Source: Mustelus asterias
Taxonomy: Eukaryota
Direction: 5' to 3'
Assembly: GCF_964213995.1 (NCBI RefSeq)
Contig: NC_135810.1
Coordinates: 54,498,001-54,562,000, forward strand
DNA: 64,000 nucleotides
Shown: in pieces, positions 49,922 to 63,986 of the stretch
Layout of the letters: each line of letters opens with the position of its first letter
Position numbering within the stretch: position 1 is the first letter of the stretch
Made by a program: the position numbers and the translations under genes
The notes under the pieces: model-generated
What the model was told of the DNA's origin: nothing
What the model saw: only the letters and a program-made list of their open reading frames with translations
Databases searched by the model: none

Positions 49922-52900
49922 AAAACAACGTAATGCAAGAGAAGAATTTGACAAGTCAAAGTTTGAAGAAGGTGAAGGAGCACTAAATGAAAAAGCATTA
50001 CATCAAAGCTCCAATGAGATACCTTTACGTGATCATCATCGCCATTGCGGCAAGGATACATCCCTTCATTCATTTGGCTCAGTCACATCTGAAAAATTAA
50101 ATTACAAAAAGTCCAGCTCAGTTTCTGATACCTCTTCTCTTAACAGTGCTTTAAACGGTGGTGGAAAGAGCTGTATCGCCTCATCAGACTTGAAACAAAA
50201 ATGCTCAGAACAGAATTTGTTCGAAAACTACACCTCGATTGGAACAAACACATCTGACCAGTTCTCTTCTGAAGAAATATGGAGGATGACTCTGAGCATT
50301 ACATGGCGAAGTACTGATGAGCAGTGCACAGTTACTAGTAATACTGTGTATGAAACCTTGAGTGAAATAGAAACATCAGGATGCATGCCATCCTACTGTC
50401 CAACATCCCCACCAGGCCAGACCTTGCTTGCCTCCACAGCAATAATTGACAAAATAAAAAGCGTGCCAGTACAGAATGATTTTATAAACAATAATTACAC
50501 TAATGGTCTTCATGTAACAGTCTTCCCAGACTCAGAGACAAAACAGATGGAATCATTAGAAGTTTCTAACTTAAAGAACCAGCTACCTTTGCCTGAAATT
50601 TACCATTTGGGAGAACATGAAAAATATGCATTGGCAAGCAATACTAATTTTCATGTTTATCCACGCATTCAGAAAGTTGCTTTGCTGACCAAAGAAAATG
50701 TTGAAAAATTTGAGTTACTTCAGCTCAGAAGAAAACTTCATTCTGTTTCAACACCAGTTACTGAAGAGTTGGAAATTGACAAAAAAATTCAGGGAGTGAA
50801 TGGAGAAGTTCAGCAAATGGAAAATGCGAATGATCAACCAATACCTTCAGTTCCTCCAAGCTTACCTAATAACCGGGTTGGTACTCTTGAGCTGAATGTT
50901 GCTCAGATGGCATTAGAAGGTCAGTGGGGATTGCCATTTATGCATAAGAAGTCACTTTCACTGATACTGCTTCCACTGTTATCCTTACCTAAGAAATCAT
51001 GCATTGAACTCATCGGAAAGGATTTGAAAATGCCAGCCCTTCTGGAACCTGACATTTATGACTTGGAATTTAATTTGCAAAGGAGGATTGGAATTCATCA
51101 GTGGAGACCAATATTAATCAAGGGGGTTAACCTCATAGATTCTGTTAATGTGAACATAATGAAGTCACTTTCAGAAACATTCAATGAAAGCCATGTATTG
51201 ATTATTCCACCAGTCTCCATTTTTAGCACTAAGACATTGGTTAATTTAAAACCTCAATCTCTTGATAAGAAACAGGCTCCACCATCTGTGACCCAAGCAA
51301 TGGATTCTAAACAAATTAATTGTTTTGATGAGATCAAAACAGACAGAGCTGAATTTAGAACACAACAAAAAGCAAGTAACAGCCATTCATCAATTCAGGT
51401 TAGTAAATCTTGCAGCACTGACATAGCCATGCCGATAGAGAAGGTTCAGAACATTACAAATGAATCTGAAATGTACGTTGCTGAGGAACAGTTTGAAATT
51501 CCATCTGATATTCAAGAATCAGTCAGCAGTGTTCACCCAAATGAAATACCTTTAATTAACTTTACTCCTCTTGATAGAAGAAGTCAGAGGCCAAGGCCGC
51601 GATGTGTATCATTTATTGAGCAAGCTGCTGTTGATTGCTTGGAGATGAAATTAAAGCAAAGACTTATTTCCCATCTCTGGCAATATCCAATTTCCTTTGA
51701 AAATTCAGTGAGAAAGGTGACTCCTAAAGAAACATTCACAACCAAGGCAAATGATGCCCAAATAAAGCCAGTTCGTGTGGAATCAGTTTTCATTGATGAC
51801 AAAACAAGGGACAGTCTTGAATGGCATGTTACACAGGGACAGCTCAAACACAACTGGGATTTATCCACAGATTTCCAGAAGCCAGCAGAAGCATCCCTTT
51901 CTTCAGTTAATTTGATTTCTTCACCGCTAAGTCTAATTGATACGGTTACTACCACCGAATTACCATTCGTAACTCCAGAACATAAAAAAATTGAAAGAAA
52001 TGTGAATAGAAGAATTACAAGTAATAGGTGGAGTTCCTCCAGGTTTGTCCAGCAAACCTTAAATGGTTATAACGTTCCTGCACCACTACAATCAAAAAGC
52101 ACTGATAGAAATAATTCAGTGTTCAATAACACTGATATATCATATTCTTCTAAAATCATTCCCTATCAGGAAAACATGCTTCAGAATGAAAGCAAAAGCA
52201 TGCTTCTGTCACTTGAACGTAATCGTAGGAATGGAGAAACAAAAAAATTAAAAGAGGGATTTGCTGTTACCAGCTTCAGGCCAGAATATGAAAATAAATT
52301 AATTATGTGCTTAACAAAACAAAAGGTTGAAATGAAGCTAAATTGTTTACCAAATCCGGTATTGGAATCGTATAATGATTCCTATTTTCTAACGTCAAAG
52401 AAACGTTTACCAGTATTGATTAGAGTTGGAAAAGGATATAAAAAGTCAAGGCCATTGTATATATCTTTTATGGAACATGATGCCGTTGCTCGATTGGAGG
52501 TCAACTTAAGCCAAAAGCTTATTTCAAGTTTGTTGGGATTCCCAACTTCATATGAAAAGTCCTTGGAAATAATGATCCCTAAAGCACCACCATTACCTCC
52601 ACAACTTAAGACACGTGCAACTAAAATAGAACCCACCAGTACAGAAACTACTTTCCTTGAAGATAAGGTCAGAAACTATCTGGAAAGGCACGTTATACAG
52701 ATAAAACTTCAGTTTAATTGGGGTCTACCAACAGAAATTCAGAGATCAAGAGATGCACTCATTCCACCTGCACCAAAATTGATTTCTTCCCAGCTAAATC
52801 CACTGCCTTGTTCACAGTTAGCTGTTGTCCTAACTGAACTGACAGTTATAAGTGATAATCATAAGAAAATGTTGGACTCCAATATGAAGAAAAAGATTAT

Positions 52901-55900
52901 TAATAATAGACGGGGTCTCCTTCCCAATGTTGTGCAGAGATCGTCAATTAATTTCATGGATTTTAGTTTAATAAAAGATCTCATTGCCCATTCAGACATT
53001 ATAAAAAGAAAAGCAATGTCTGTCAGCAGTGAACATCGTAAGGAGATACTGCAATACAGCCCAAAATTGCCATTTCTAAAGAATAAAAGTAGGAGGAAAA
53101 ACATAGATCTCAAGAAGATAGAACTTAAAGAAGTGTTCATGTGCATAGCAAAACAATGTTTAGCCATTAAAATGGATTATCTTCCTAATATAGTAAAAGA
53201 GATGTACAAAGTCACATATCCTTTAGAATCAAGAAAAGATTTACCAAAATTAATTACATTTGGCAAAGGTAATAAGAAACTACGGCCATGTTATATACCT
53301 TTTTTTGAGCAGGAGGCAGTCGATCGCTTGGAGCTGAACCTAAAGCACAAACGGATTTGCCATCTCTGGGGGCTTGAGACATTACATGCAAAGTCATTAC
53401 GGATGATGATTTCTAAGGTACTACCTGTTCCTCCAGTAATCAAGGCAACTGACGCTACAATACTACCTACGGCTGTAAAGACTTCTTTTATTACTAATAA
53501 AGCCAGGTTGATTTTAGAGTGGCACCTTACACAAAAAAAACTTGGAAGTAACGGGAGTTTTCCGTTACATATTCAAAGATCACAAGAAGCATTCATTCCA
53601 CCTGCTCCAAAACTAATTAATTCACAGATCAACCCATGTCCTAATTTTGATGTGAATGTTGTTACAATTGATCCTGCATTTCTCGACGTTGAAAATAAGA
53701 AACGAATGGAACTGAATGTAAAAAAACGGATCATAAATCATCATTGGGGTCTCCCGAAGCTTGTTCATTTGTCTTTAGAGAGTTTTATGTCTCATGCACC
53801 ATCAGTAAAGGGTATCAAGTCACAGTCAGAAATATCAGAAGAAAGTGAGGTTTTGTTAAAGAGTAAGTTTAAAACAAGTTGTTTGCAAAGCAAGTTGATA
53901 CAACCCAAGAGAGAAAAAACGTCTGCACCATTCTGTGACCAAGCTATCAAATTAATGAAAGTGAAGAGAAAACCAATGTTATCTGTGATTGCTACCCTGG
54001 AATCGCAGCATAAAGATCAGTTAGATACGTGTTTAATAAAACAATGTCTCGAAATAAAACTGGACAATTTACCAGCAATTGTACAAGAATGCTACAAAAA
54101 TACATACCCCCCAACACCAAAAAAAACTTTAACAAAATCTTTTCCACCTGGTGAAGGTTGTAAGAAAACAAGGCCACGGTATATACCATTTTTTGAACAG
54201 AATGCTGTTGATCACTTGGAAATGAATTTGAAGATCAAACACATTTCCTACCTATGGGGATTTCAAACTCCACATGAAGAGTCAATAGAAATGATGATTC
54301 CCAAAGCTCCATCTGCACTTCCAGCACTCAAAGCAAATCGAGGCCAATCCATGGGAACCACTTGTATTAGCAAAGAAGTCAGAGATAAATTTGAATGGCA
54401 TGTTACTCGAAAGAAACTTCAACACAATTGGGGCAAGCCATCATATTATCAGAAGTCAGTAGAAGCATTCATTCCAGTTGCTCCAAAGTTGGTTCCATCT
54501 CGGCTGAGCCCAAAAGCTGATTCTGTTTTGGTCATTACTCTATGTGAGTTGCCATTTGTAGATGTTGAAATTAATAAAATGTTGGAGCTGAACACCAGAA
54601 AAAAAATCATCAATCAAAGGTGGGGTCTTCCTAATTTTTTTCAGTCATCTTTAAGAAAATTTGTTGCTTCTGCACCATCAATGAATGATATTATGGAGTC
54701 AAAAAACATGGCAAGAAAGAAACCAAAAGCCAATAACATTGAAATAGAGAATAATGAAATGAGCTTTCAACAGAAAATGTTTGTACAACCACAAAGCGAA
54801 AAGACGTTCTCAGTACAATACAGAGCAGGTAAAAGGAATTCAAAAACAGCTAAATTAGGTGAGCAGTTTGTCTTTGCTCATCTGAAACAAAAAGTTAAAA
54901 ATAAACTGGATGTATGCTTGATGAAGCAATGTCTAGAAATGCGCATGGACTGCTTGCCAGAAAGAGTGAAGCAGTTTTATAAAGTCACCTATTATCCGAC
55001 CTCAAAGACATCATTACCACAGCTAATTGTACCCAGAAATGGATTCAAAAAGCCAAGAGCAATGTATATATCTTTTATGGAACAGGATGTTATCGATCAC
55101 TTAGAACTTAATTTAAAACACAAACAGATGACCAATTCTTTGGGACTTGCAACTCTGTATGAGGAATCAGTGGAAATGATGATTCCTAAAGCACCACCTA
55201 TGCCACCACCTTTCAAGATGAATGGAGCTCAAATAGAGCCTGTGGGCGTGGAAATTAATTTCTCCAATGATAAAGTTCGAAAAGACCTTGAAAGGCATAT
55301 TACACAGAAAAAGCTTCAGCAAAAGGGGGGTTTACCACTACATATTCAGAGATCACAAGAAGCTTTAATTCCACCTGCTCCAAAACTAATATTATCTGAG
55401 TTAAATCCCCAGCCTAATTTTGTGACTGTCTTTGCCCCGCCTGAGCCAACATTCCTTCACAATGAACATAAAAAAAGACTGGAGTTCAATCTAATGAAGA
55501 GAGCTGTAAATCAGAAATTAGGCCTACCCAAGCTCATTATGTCATCTTTAAGTAATTTTATGGCTCCTGCTCCATCAGTGAAGGACTTCATGCTACAAAC
55601 TGAAATAATTAAAGACAAGAAAAAATTGAGCAACACTCCCATTGAAAAGGTAAAGAGTGATCTGTTTCCTCGAGGCATATTTCCACTGCGCATTCAAAGA
55701 AAGATTTTGTTGCCACAATCTAAAAGAAGTAGTAATAACAAGACATCAAACAAAATAGATGATTTTGCTGGTCTGAAACCAGCACAGAAAGATAAACTAT
55801 GTATATGCTTAACAAAGCAAAGCCTACAAATCAAAATGCACAGTGTTCCAGAACTCGTAAAACGTTTGTACAAAGATACCTATCCTGTGCAATTAAAGAA

Positions 55901-58900
55901 ATGTCTTCCAAGGCTAATTACACCTGGTGAAGGATTCAAAAAGCCAAGATCGTTGTATATATCTTTTATCGAACAGGAGTCTGTTGATCGTTTAGAATTC
56001 AACTTCAAGCACAAACAGATTATTCATCTCTGGGCACAGGACACACTGTATGAAAAGTCAGTCAAAATGCTGTTTGCTAAAGGACCAAATGTGTCGCCAA
56101 TACGTAAATCAAATGGAGTTCAAATTGTAACTGTAGGTATGGAAACATCTTTCATTAACAATGATGCTAGAGACAAAATGGAATGGCATATTACGAGAAA
56201 AAAACTAGAGAATAATTGGGGCTTTCCATTACATATTCAGAAATCAATGGATACATTTATTCCATCGGCTCCGAAATTGGTTTCCTCTGAGCTAAAGCCA
56301 CATTGTATTCATGATATAATTGTGACATCAACTGAACCACTTATTATAAGTGCTGAAGATGGAAATAGATTGGAAATGAATACAAAGAAAAAGATCATAA
56401 ATCAAAAATGGGGTCTCCCAAATCTTATTCAGACATCCTTGAAGGACTTAATTACTCCAACGCCATCACTACAAAGTGACACATTACAGTCAGGAAGCAT
56501 AAAAGGAAGTAAAACATTCACTCACAATGTCATAGATCTTAATTCAAAAATTACTGCAGGGCACAAGAAGGAAAAGTTCCCTTCACTGCTTTGCCAGAAA
56601 GTTTATAAAAGAGCAAAGTTTAAGAAGATAAGTGCATTCCCAGATTCTTCCAATCTCAAATCAGAATGTAAAGATAAACTAAATATGTGTTTATTAAAGC
56701 AAACTCTTGATATTAAAACACATAATTTACCTGACATTGTACAGGGATTTTATGAACGTACGTACCCTACAGCAGCAAAAAAAGAATTACCAAAACTTAT
56801 TGTTTCCAATGAAGGTTGCAAAAAACAAAGACCATGGTGCCCACCATTTATTGAACAAGATGTTATTGATCATTTAGAGCTGAACTTAAAGCACAAGCAG
56901 ATTATCCACCTTTGGAGACTTGAAACTGTATATGATAAATCAATCAAAATGATGATTCCGAAAGGACCACCTATGCCTCCTGCAATCAAAGCAAGTGAAA
57001 CTAAAGTAGAACCTGTGGGTATGGAAAACACTTTCATTGAATATGATGTTAGGAGCAGAATAGAATGGCACATTACACAGCAGAAACTTCAACAGAACTG
57101 GGGCTTACCGTTGCATATTCAATTGTCAGCAGAAACCTTTATTCCCCCTGCTCCAAAACTGATTCCATCCCATCTATATCTACAGTTTAGCTTTGAAGTA
57201 ATTGTTGCTCCAACTGAAATGACATTTCTAAGTAAAGGACTTAGGAAATTATTAGAACTTAATACAAAGAAGAAGATAATAAATCACAAATGGGGTCTTC
57301 CAATACTTATTCAGTCTTCATTAAGAAAGTTCATAGCCCTTTCTACATCAAGAAAAGATTTAGTGTTACAGTCAGGAATAGTCGAAGCCAACAAAACAGA
57401 ACCCAGCAATATTGATAGAAGAAGTAGGATGAGAATTCCTTCGCAAATGCACAAAAGTAAAGATGGTAGCAAAGACACAACACCGAGCAAAACAGCTGAA
57501 GTGGCCATTTTGTTCAACTTCAAACAAGAGTATACAGATAAACTTAATATGTGCTTTGGAAAAATGTGTCTAGAAATTAACATGCATTGTTTACCAGAAA
57601 TAGTAAAAGAATCTTATTAAAAAAATTATCCTTCCATGTCAAAGAAGCTATTAAGGAAGATTATTGCACCTGGTGATGTATATAAAAAGCCACGTTCATT
57701 ATATATAGCGTTTATTGAGCAGAGTGCAGTTGATCGTTTGGAGCTGAACCGAAAGCATAAACGCATTTGCTATCTCTGGGGACTTGTAACCCTAAATGAT
57801 AAATCATTGGAAATGATGATCGCTGAAGTGCCACCTATGCCTCCAGCAATCGAGTCAAGTGGAGCTAAAATAGAACAAGTGGGTAGGGAAACAACATTCA
57901 TTGATCGCAAAGTGAGAGACAACTTTGAAAGATATGTTATGCAGAAAAAACTCCAGAAAACCTGGGGATTACCATTAGATGTTCAGATATCAGAAGAAGC
58001 ATTTATTCCACTTGCTCCAAAGCTAATCCCATCCCAGTTAAAACAAGAGCCTGCTTTTTCAGTCGTAGTTATTTCACCCGAGCTGCCATTTCTTCGTAAT
58101 GAGCATAAGAAAATATTGGAGATGAATACAAAGAAAAAGATGATCAATTACAGATGGGGTCTTCCTAATCTTATCCAATCCTCTTTGAATAAGTTTATAA
58201 CTACTGTTCCAGATGCATGCTGCAACATTAATGTGGGCAATAAAGAAAACAAAATGTTTCTTCACAACACGTTGACAGCAATCAGAAGGGGGAAATCATC
58301 AGCGCTACAATATGAAAAGAATAACAAAAGCAAGAAAACTAAAAAAATGGATGAGAAATTTTCACTTGCGAACTTCAAACCAGAATTGAAAGACAAACTT
58401 GAAATTTGTTTAACAAAGCTGTCTCTAGAGATTAAGACCGGGTGCTTACCTAAAATGTTAAAGGAATTTTATAAAAATAGCTATCCTTCGCAATCGAGGC
58501 AATCTTTGCCAAAGCTCATAGCACTTGGTAAAGGACTAAAAAAGCCAAGACTGCATTGTTTACCATTTATTGAACAGAATGCTGTTAATCACTTGGAGAT
58601 GAATTTAAAGCACAAACTGATTACCCATCTATGTAAATTTCCAAATCTTTATCAAGAATCAATTGAAATAATGATGTCTAAAGGTCCATCTGAACCTCTA
58701 ATCATCAAGAGAAGTACAGCTCTAGTATACCCTGTTGGTAAAGAAACAAGGTTCGTTGATGATAAAGTTAGAGACAGACTGGAATGGCACATTACACAGA
58801 AGAAACTTCAAAATGGTAATTGGGGATTACCATTACTTATTCAGAAATCACAAGAAACATTTATTCCACCGGCTCCAAAGCTAATTCCTTCGGAGCTAAA

Positions 58901-61900
58901 ACCACCGCCTGGTTTTCCTTTGGTTTTTGTTTCACCTGAAATGGTTTTCTTAATCTCAGAACATAGAAAAAGACTTGAGCTGAATACAAGAAAAAGAATC
59001 CTAAATTACAAGTGGGGCCTCCCCAGTGCTATTCAATCGTCTTTAAGTAATTTCCTAGCTTCTCCTATGCTGCAATCTGAAGTGTTGGAAAAAGGCAAAA
59101 TATCTTCCAGCAATAGTCAAATGGAAGATGTACAAGTAGATGCCTCAATTAACACATTTTTACAGACGAAGAAAATAAAACTGTCTTCAAAACAGAGTCA
59201 GAAATATAGCAGTAATCTGAAACCTTGCAATGTAGAAGAGATACGGCTTTCCCCTATACTCAACCAAGAAAGTAAGAACAAGGTAGAAATATGTTTGATA
59301 AAACAGTGCCTTGAAATTAAAAATAGTGGTCTTCCAGAAATAGTGAATGAGATGTATAAAGCCACCTACCCTTCAATGTCAAAAAAGCCTTTTTCAAAAC
59401 CAGTTGCCCCTGGCAAAAGATTTAGAAAGCCAAGATTGTCATACATATCTTTTATTGAACAGGATGCTGTTAATCATTTAGAACTGAACTTAAAGCACAA
59501 ATTGCTTACCCATCTCTGGGGATATGCAACCCAATATGAACAATCGATAGCAATTATGATTCCAAAAGTACCATCGGAGCCTCCAGTGATCAAAGCAAAT
59601 GGAGTCCAAATAGAATTTGTGGGTCAGGAAACAACCTTCATTGACAATAAAACTAAGGACTTAATAGAATGGCACATAACACAGAAGAAACTTCAGCACA
59701 ACTGGGATTTTCCACTCCATGTTCGAAGATCACAAGAAAACTTTATTCCACCTGCCCCAAAATTAATTCCATCACAGTTAAAACAAGAGGTTTTTTTGGT
59801 GAAGATCTGTGTGCCGGTTGAACGGCCCTTCCTTAGTAATGGACACCGGAAAATACTAGAAAGGAATACAAGAAAAAGAATTATAAGTTGCACATGCGAC
59901 ATTCCGAAGATCATTCAGTTATCTGTAAAGAATTTTATACCTGTTGTCCCAAAAACAGAAGATTTAATTCTACAGCCACAAGATGCGGCAATGCCCATTT
60001 TCATTGTGCCTACTTCAGACAGTATTATCCAATTAAGAAAATTGCCTTTATCAAAGTATCAAAAAAGCACAGAAGTGGAAAAAAATATCGAGGTATTTTC
60101 TTCTGATAATCACGGCGTTACATGTAGAGGTTCTATAGATTTCTGCTTAATAAAGCAGTGTTTAGAAATTAAAACAGAGCACCTACCTGAACTGGTAATG
60201 AATACCTACAGTGCTCTCAATGCTCAGACATCAAAGAAGATTTTGCCTAAACCTATTTTACCTGGCATAGGTTTTAAAAAACAAAGATCAACATATATGC
60301 CTTTTATTGAACAAAAAGCAATTGATCGTTTGGAATTGAATTTAATGCACAAACAGATTACACATCAGTGGGGATTTCCAACTCCCTATAAAGGACCATT
60401 GGAAATGATGATTCCAGTGGTACCAGCATTGCCTCCAATAATCAAAGCCAGTGGAGCTCAAATAGAGCCTGTGGGTATGGAAAACAACTTCCTTTACAAG
60501 AAAATAAGAGACAAGCTCAAACTGCACATAACACAGAAGAAACTTCAGTACAATTGGGGCTTACCTTTGCACATTCAAAGATCGCTAGAAGTCTTAATTC
60601 CACCTGCTCCAAAACTTATTCTAACCCAGTTAAATTCCCAGCTTGATAGTGCAATAGCTGTTGCTCCTTTTGAACCGGCATTTGTTACTGACGAACATAG
60701 GCAAACCCTGAATCAAAATATAAAGAAAAGGATCATAAATCAAAATTGGGGTCTTCCAAAAGTTATTAACTCATCTTTAAAGCAGTTTATGGGTCCTACT
60801 CCATATGATGAAAGCTTCGTCCAACAATCAGAAAATGTTAAAGAAAGCAGCACAGTATTCAATAGTGCCAATTTGGGTAGAAGTTATGAAATATTTTCTC
60901 GGGGCACAACCTTGCGACTGAAAGGAGGAAAATTAGGTTCACAATTTGGAACAGACGAAATGCACATAAATAAAGTGAAAGAGATAGCTGCCAATGTTAT
61001 CCTTAGATTAAAGTCTGACAAAAACCTTGATATGAGTGTGCTAAGGCAGTGTCTGGAAATTAAAACTGAATGCTTGCCTAAACTGGTAGAAGAGTTCTAC
61101 AAATGTACCTATCCTTCAGTGTCAAAGAAATCTTTACCAAAGCTTATTGCACCTGGGAAGGGAATTAAAAAATCAAGAATCAAGTATATACCTTTTACTG
61201 AACAAGATGATATTGATCAGATAGAAATGAACTTGAAGCACAGGCAACTTTTATATCTCTGGGGACTTGAAACACAGTATGAAAAGTCAGTAGAAATGAT
61301 GATTCCCAAGGGACCACCCATTCCTCCATCAATTAAGGCTAGTAGATTTCAAATTAAATCTGTACCTGGACAAACTTCTTTTTCTGATGAAACCAGCAAC
61401 TTTCTAGAATGGCATATTTTGCAGAAAAAGCTTCAGTGTCCTTGGGGTTTCCCATCACATGTTCAAAGATCAGCAGAAGCATTTATTCCACCTGCTCCGA
61501 AGCTGATTTTAGCCCGGCTCAATCCAGGGTTTCATGTTGAAATAGTTATTGTTCCAATCGAGTTAGAATTCATGAATGATCAGCTGAAAAAGGCACTAGA
61601 AGTTAATATAAAGAAAAGGATTGTAAATCACGTATGGGGCATTCCCAGGCTTGTTGAGGCATCTTTAAATGAATTTATGGCACCTCCTCCACCTATAAGG
61701 GATTTTGTAGAACAATTTAAAATTAAAAAACAGCATAGAATGAAGTCCAGAAAGAAAGGCTTATCAAATGCTGATAAAACAGTTTCTTCTTCGTGCACAT
61801 CTCTTCTGAACAAAGAACAAAATAATACTTCATACTATGGAAGTTTGAAGGGAAGTGTCCAAATGAAAAAGAGAGAAAGGAGGAAGTCTACTCTTACTGA

Positions 61901-63986
61901 ACTTGTACCAGAATGTAGTAATAAGTTAAATATGTGTGTGATAAAACAAAGTCTATCTATTAAACTGGATTGTCTTCCTGAACTGGTGAAGGAATTGTAC
62001 AAACAAAGTTATCCTCCAGCATTGAAGAAATCATTACCAAAGCTGAGAACACATGTTGAAGGATTTAAGAGAACAAGATTACCATATATTCTGTTTGCTG
62101 AACAGGATATCATTCATCACTTAGGTACAAACTTAAAGCACAAACAGATTAATAACCTTTGGGGCATTGCAACTACATTTGACAAGTCAGTAGAAATGAT
62201 GATTCCTAAAGCACCATCTTTGCTTCCAGCAATCAAACCAAGTGAAGCTAAAATAGAGCACATAGGTATGGAATTAGCCTTTCAGTCTACTGAAACCATT
62301 GAAATCCTGGAATGGCACATCACAGCAAAAAGATTTCAATCCCATTGGGGCATACCATTGCATATCCAAAGATCAATAGACAAGTTCATTCCATCACCTC
62401 CAAAACTGGTTCTGTCCCAATTTAGCCAGTATCTTGATATTGATATTGCTGTTTCTGTAAATGAGCTAATATTCCTGAGTGAGGAATTTAAGGAAGCATT
62501 GGAAATAAATACAAACAACCGGATCATAAATCACAGACAGGGTCTTCCCAATATTATCCAGGCCTCATTTAAGAGCTTTATAACTCCTTTTCCATCAGTA
62601 AAGGATTTCATGCCACTGGTACAGACTGGAGAAGGAAGTACAAGAGCACTGAATAGATCTGAACTGAGCAAAATTGATACAGATGTATCTGCTAAACAGA
62701 GGTTATGTGCAAGCACAGTTTCTTCACCAAATTGTAAAGATGGTAAAGGCAGTGTAAATAGCATGGAAACATTTCCAGTCAATCCAAACTTGGAACCTAA
62801 AGATGAAGTGGATACAGATATGACAAAGCAATCTTTGGAACTGCAATCAGTGCACAGATGTTCTTACACAAGTAAACGTTTGCTGAAGCTAAATACCCCT
62901 TATAGAAGATTCAAAAAACAAAACCGAAAGAGTAAATGGAGTGATGATTGTCTTGAATTAGAGTGTTCCATAGCCTCACCCAGTTATAGGCCAAAATGCA
63001 TGAAAACTGTGGGCTCTTCAACTTGGACAACAGATCCGAAATTGGCTGATTTGACATATAAACCAGTGACTATTGTGGGACTGTCTTTAGGTCCAACAAT
63101 GATGGGAGCAAATGCACCTTTATCCCCCATGACTGTGCAGGAGGATTTCAACATTTATCTGAAACAAAACATGGGTTCCGTTTTATTGCCACGTCTCATT
63201 CCTTCTGCTGATTGTGAAGAAACCTCATCGAAAAGTGCAAGAGAGATTGGGAATGATGTGTCCTGTTCAGAACAATTGACTGAGGAAGCAAAAAGTCATA
63301 TTCAACAAGGTGAAGAACATGGATATGTTAAAATAATTGCAGGAGCTATTGTTAAAAATCAGAATGAAGAAGAAAAGGTGCAAGTTGATCTATCGGAAAT
63401 AATTTGTGCACAGCGATCACCTACAAGACCTTGTGACACCTTGCAAGAGAGAATAATGATTACATCTCAAGATCCTGATGATGGAAACTACTTGTGTGTT
63501 TCTGATGAGGAAGTCTATGATGATTATTATGAAAACTTCAATAAATCATACCATACTTCCAGAACCCATGTTGCGAAGAAAAAGTCCAAGAAAACTTTTC
63601 AAAGTCGGTATTCAAATCAAACAAAGCCAGATAAAACTTTGGTGAATTCAAAGAGTAAATTTTCCAAGCCAGACTGTCAGAGATCAAGAATATTTAAACA
63701 TGAAGAAGGGAGAAAACCTGAGTTATGTAACCAAAGCACTCTTTTTGTTAGCCCAACTGAAGAACTGTGTTGGTCAGACACAGACCAAAAGGAGAAATGT
63801 TCCTCTTACTCCTCATATTGTGACCAACCAGAAAGTCCAATGTCAACAAGAGAAATTTCTCACAGTTGTAGACATGATGAAAGGTCCCCACAAAGTTCCA
63901 CATCTCATAATCCAGGATGTCAGCAAGTATTGTCGCATGAGGATTCTCCATTTGCAACAAATGAAGACTGTGAAGGTACAGTGTAA
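49922..63986 (+). CDS. Giant (~14 kb) coding exon: tandem SPATA31/FAM75-like repeat protein, with one in-frame TAA at 57618-57620
   Basis: ORFs 49899-57620 and 57636-63986 share a frame (about 4695 codons together). Repeated LEWHITQKKLQxNWGLPLHIQRSQEAFIPPAPKL and KKxLExNxKKRIINxxWGLPxxIQxSL resemble recalled SPATA31/FAM75 motifs. The ORF-track start is a TTG; the likely entry is acceptor aaacag| at 49921/49922. Confidence 0.85.
52290..62610 (+). repeat. Coding tandem array of 12 diverged ~870-890-bp units
   Basis: CLxKQxLEIK motif recurs near 52307, 53141, 54030, 54915, 55806, 56688, 57552, 58406, 59292, 60143, 61038 and 61934; a degenerate unit lies at ~51580-52090. Confidence 0.9.

Noticed and set aside
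51584-63960. Short antisense and alternate-frame ORFs inside the giant exon
   Set aside because: Expected by-products of a long coding frame; no independent motifs.
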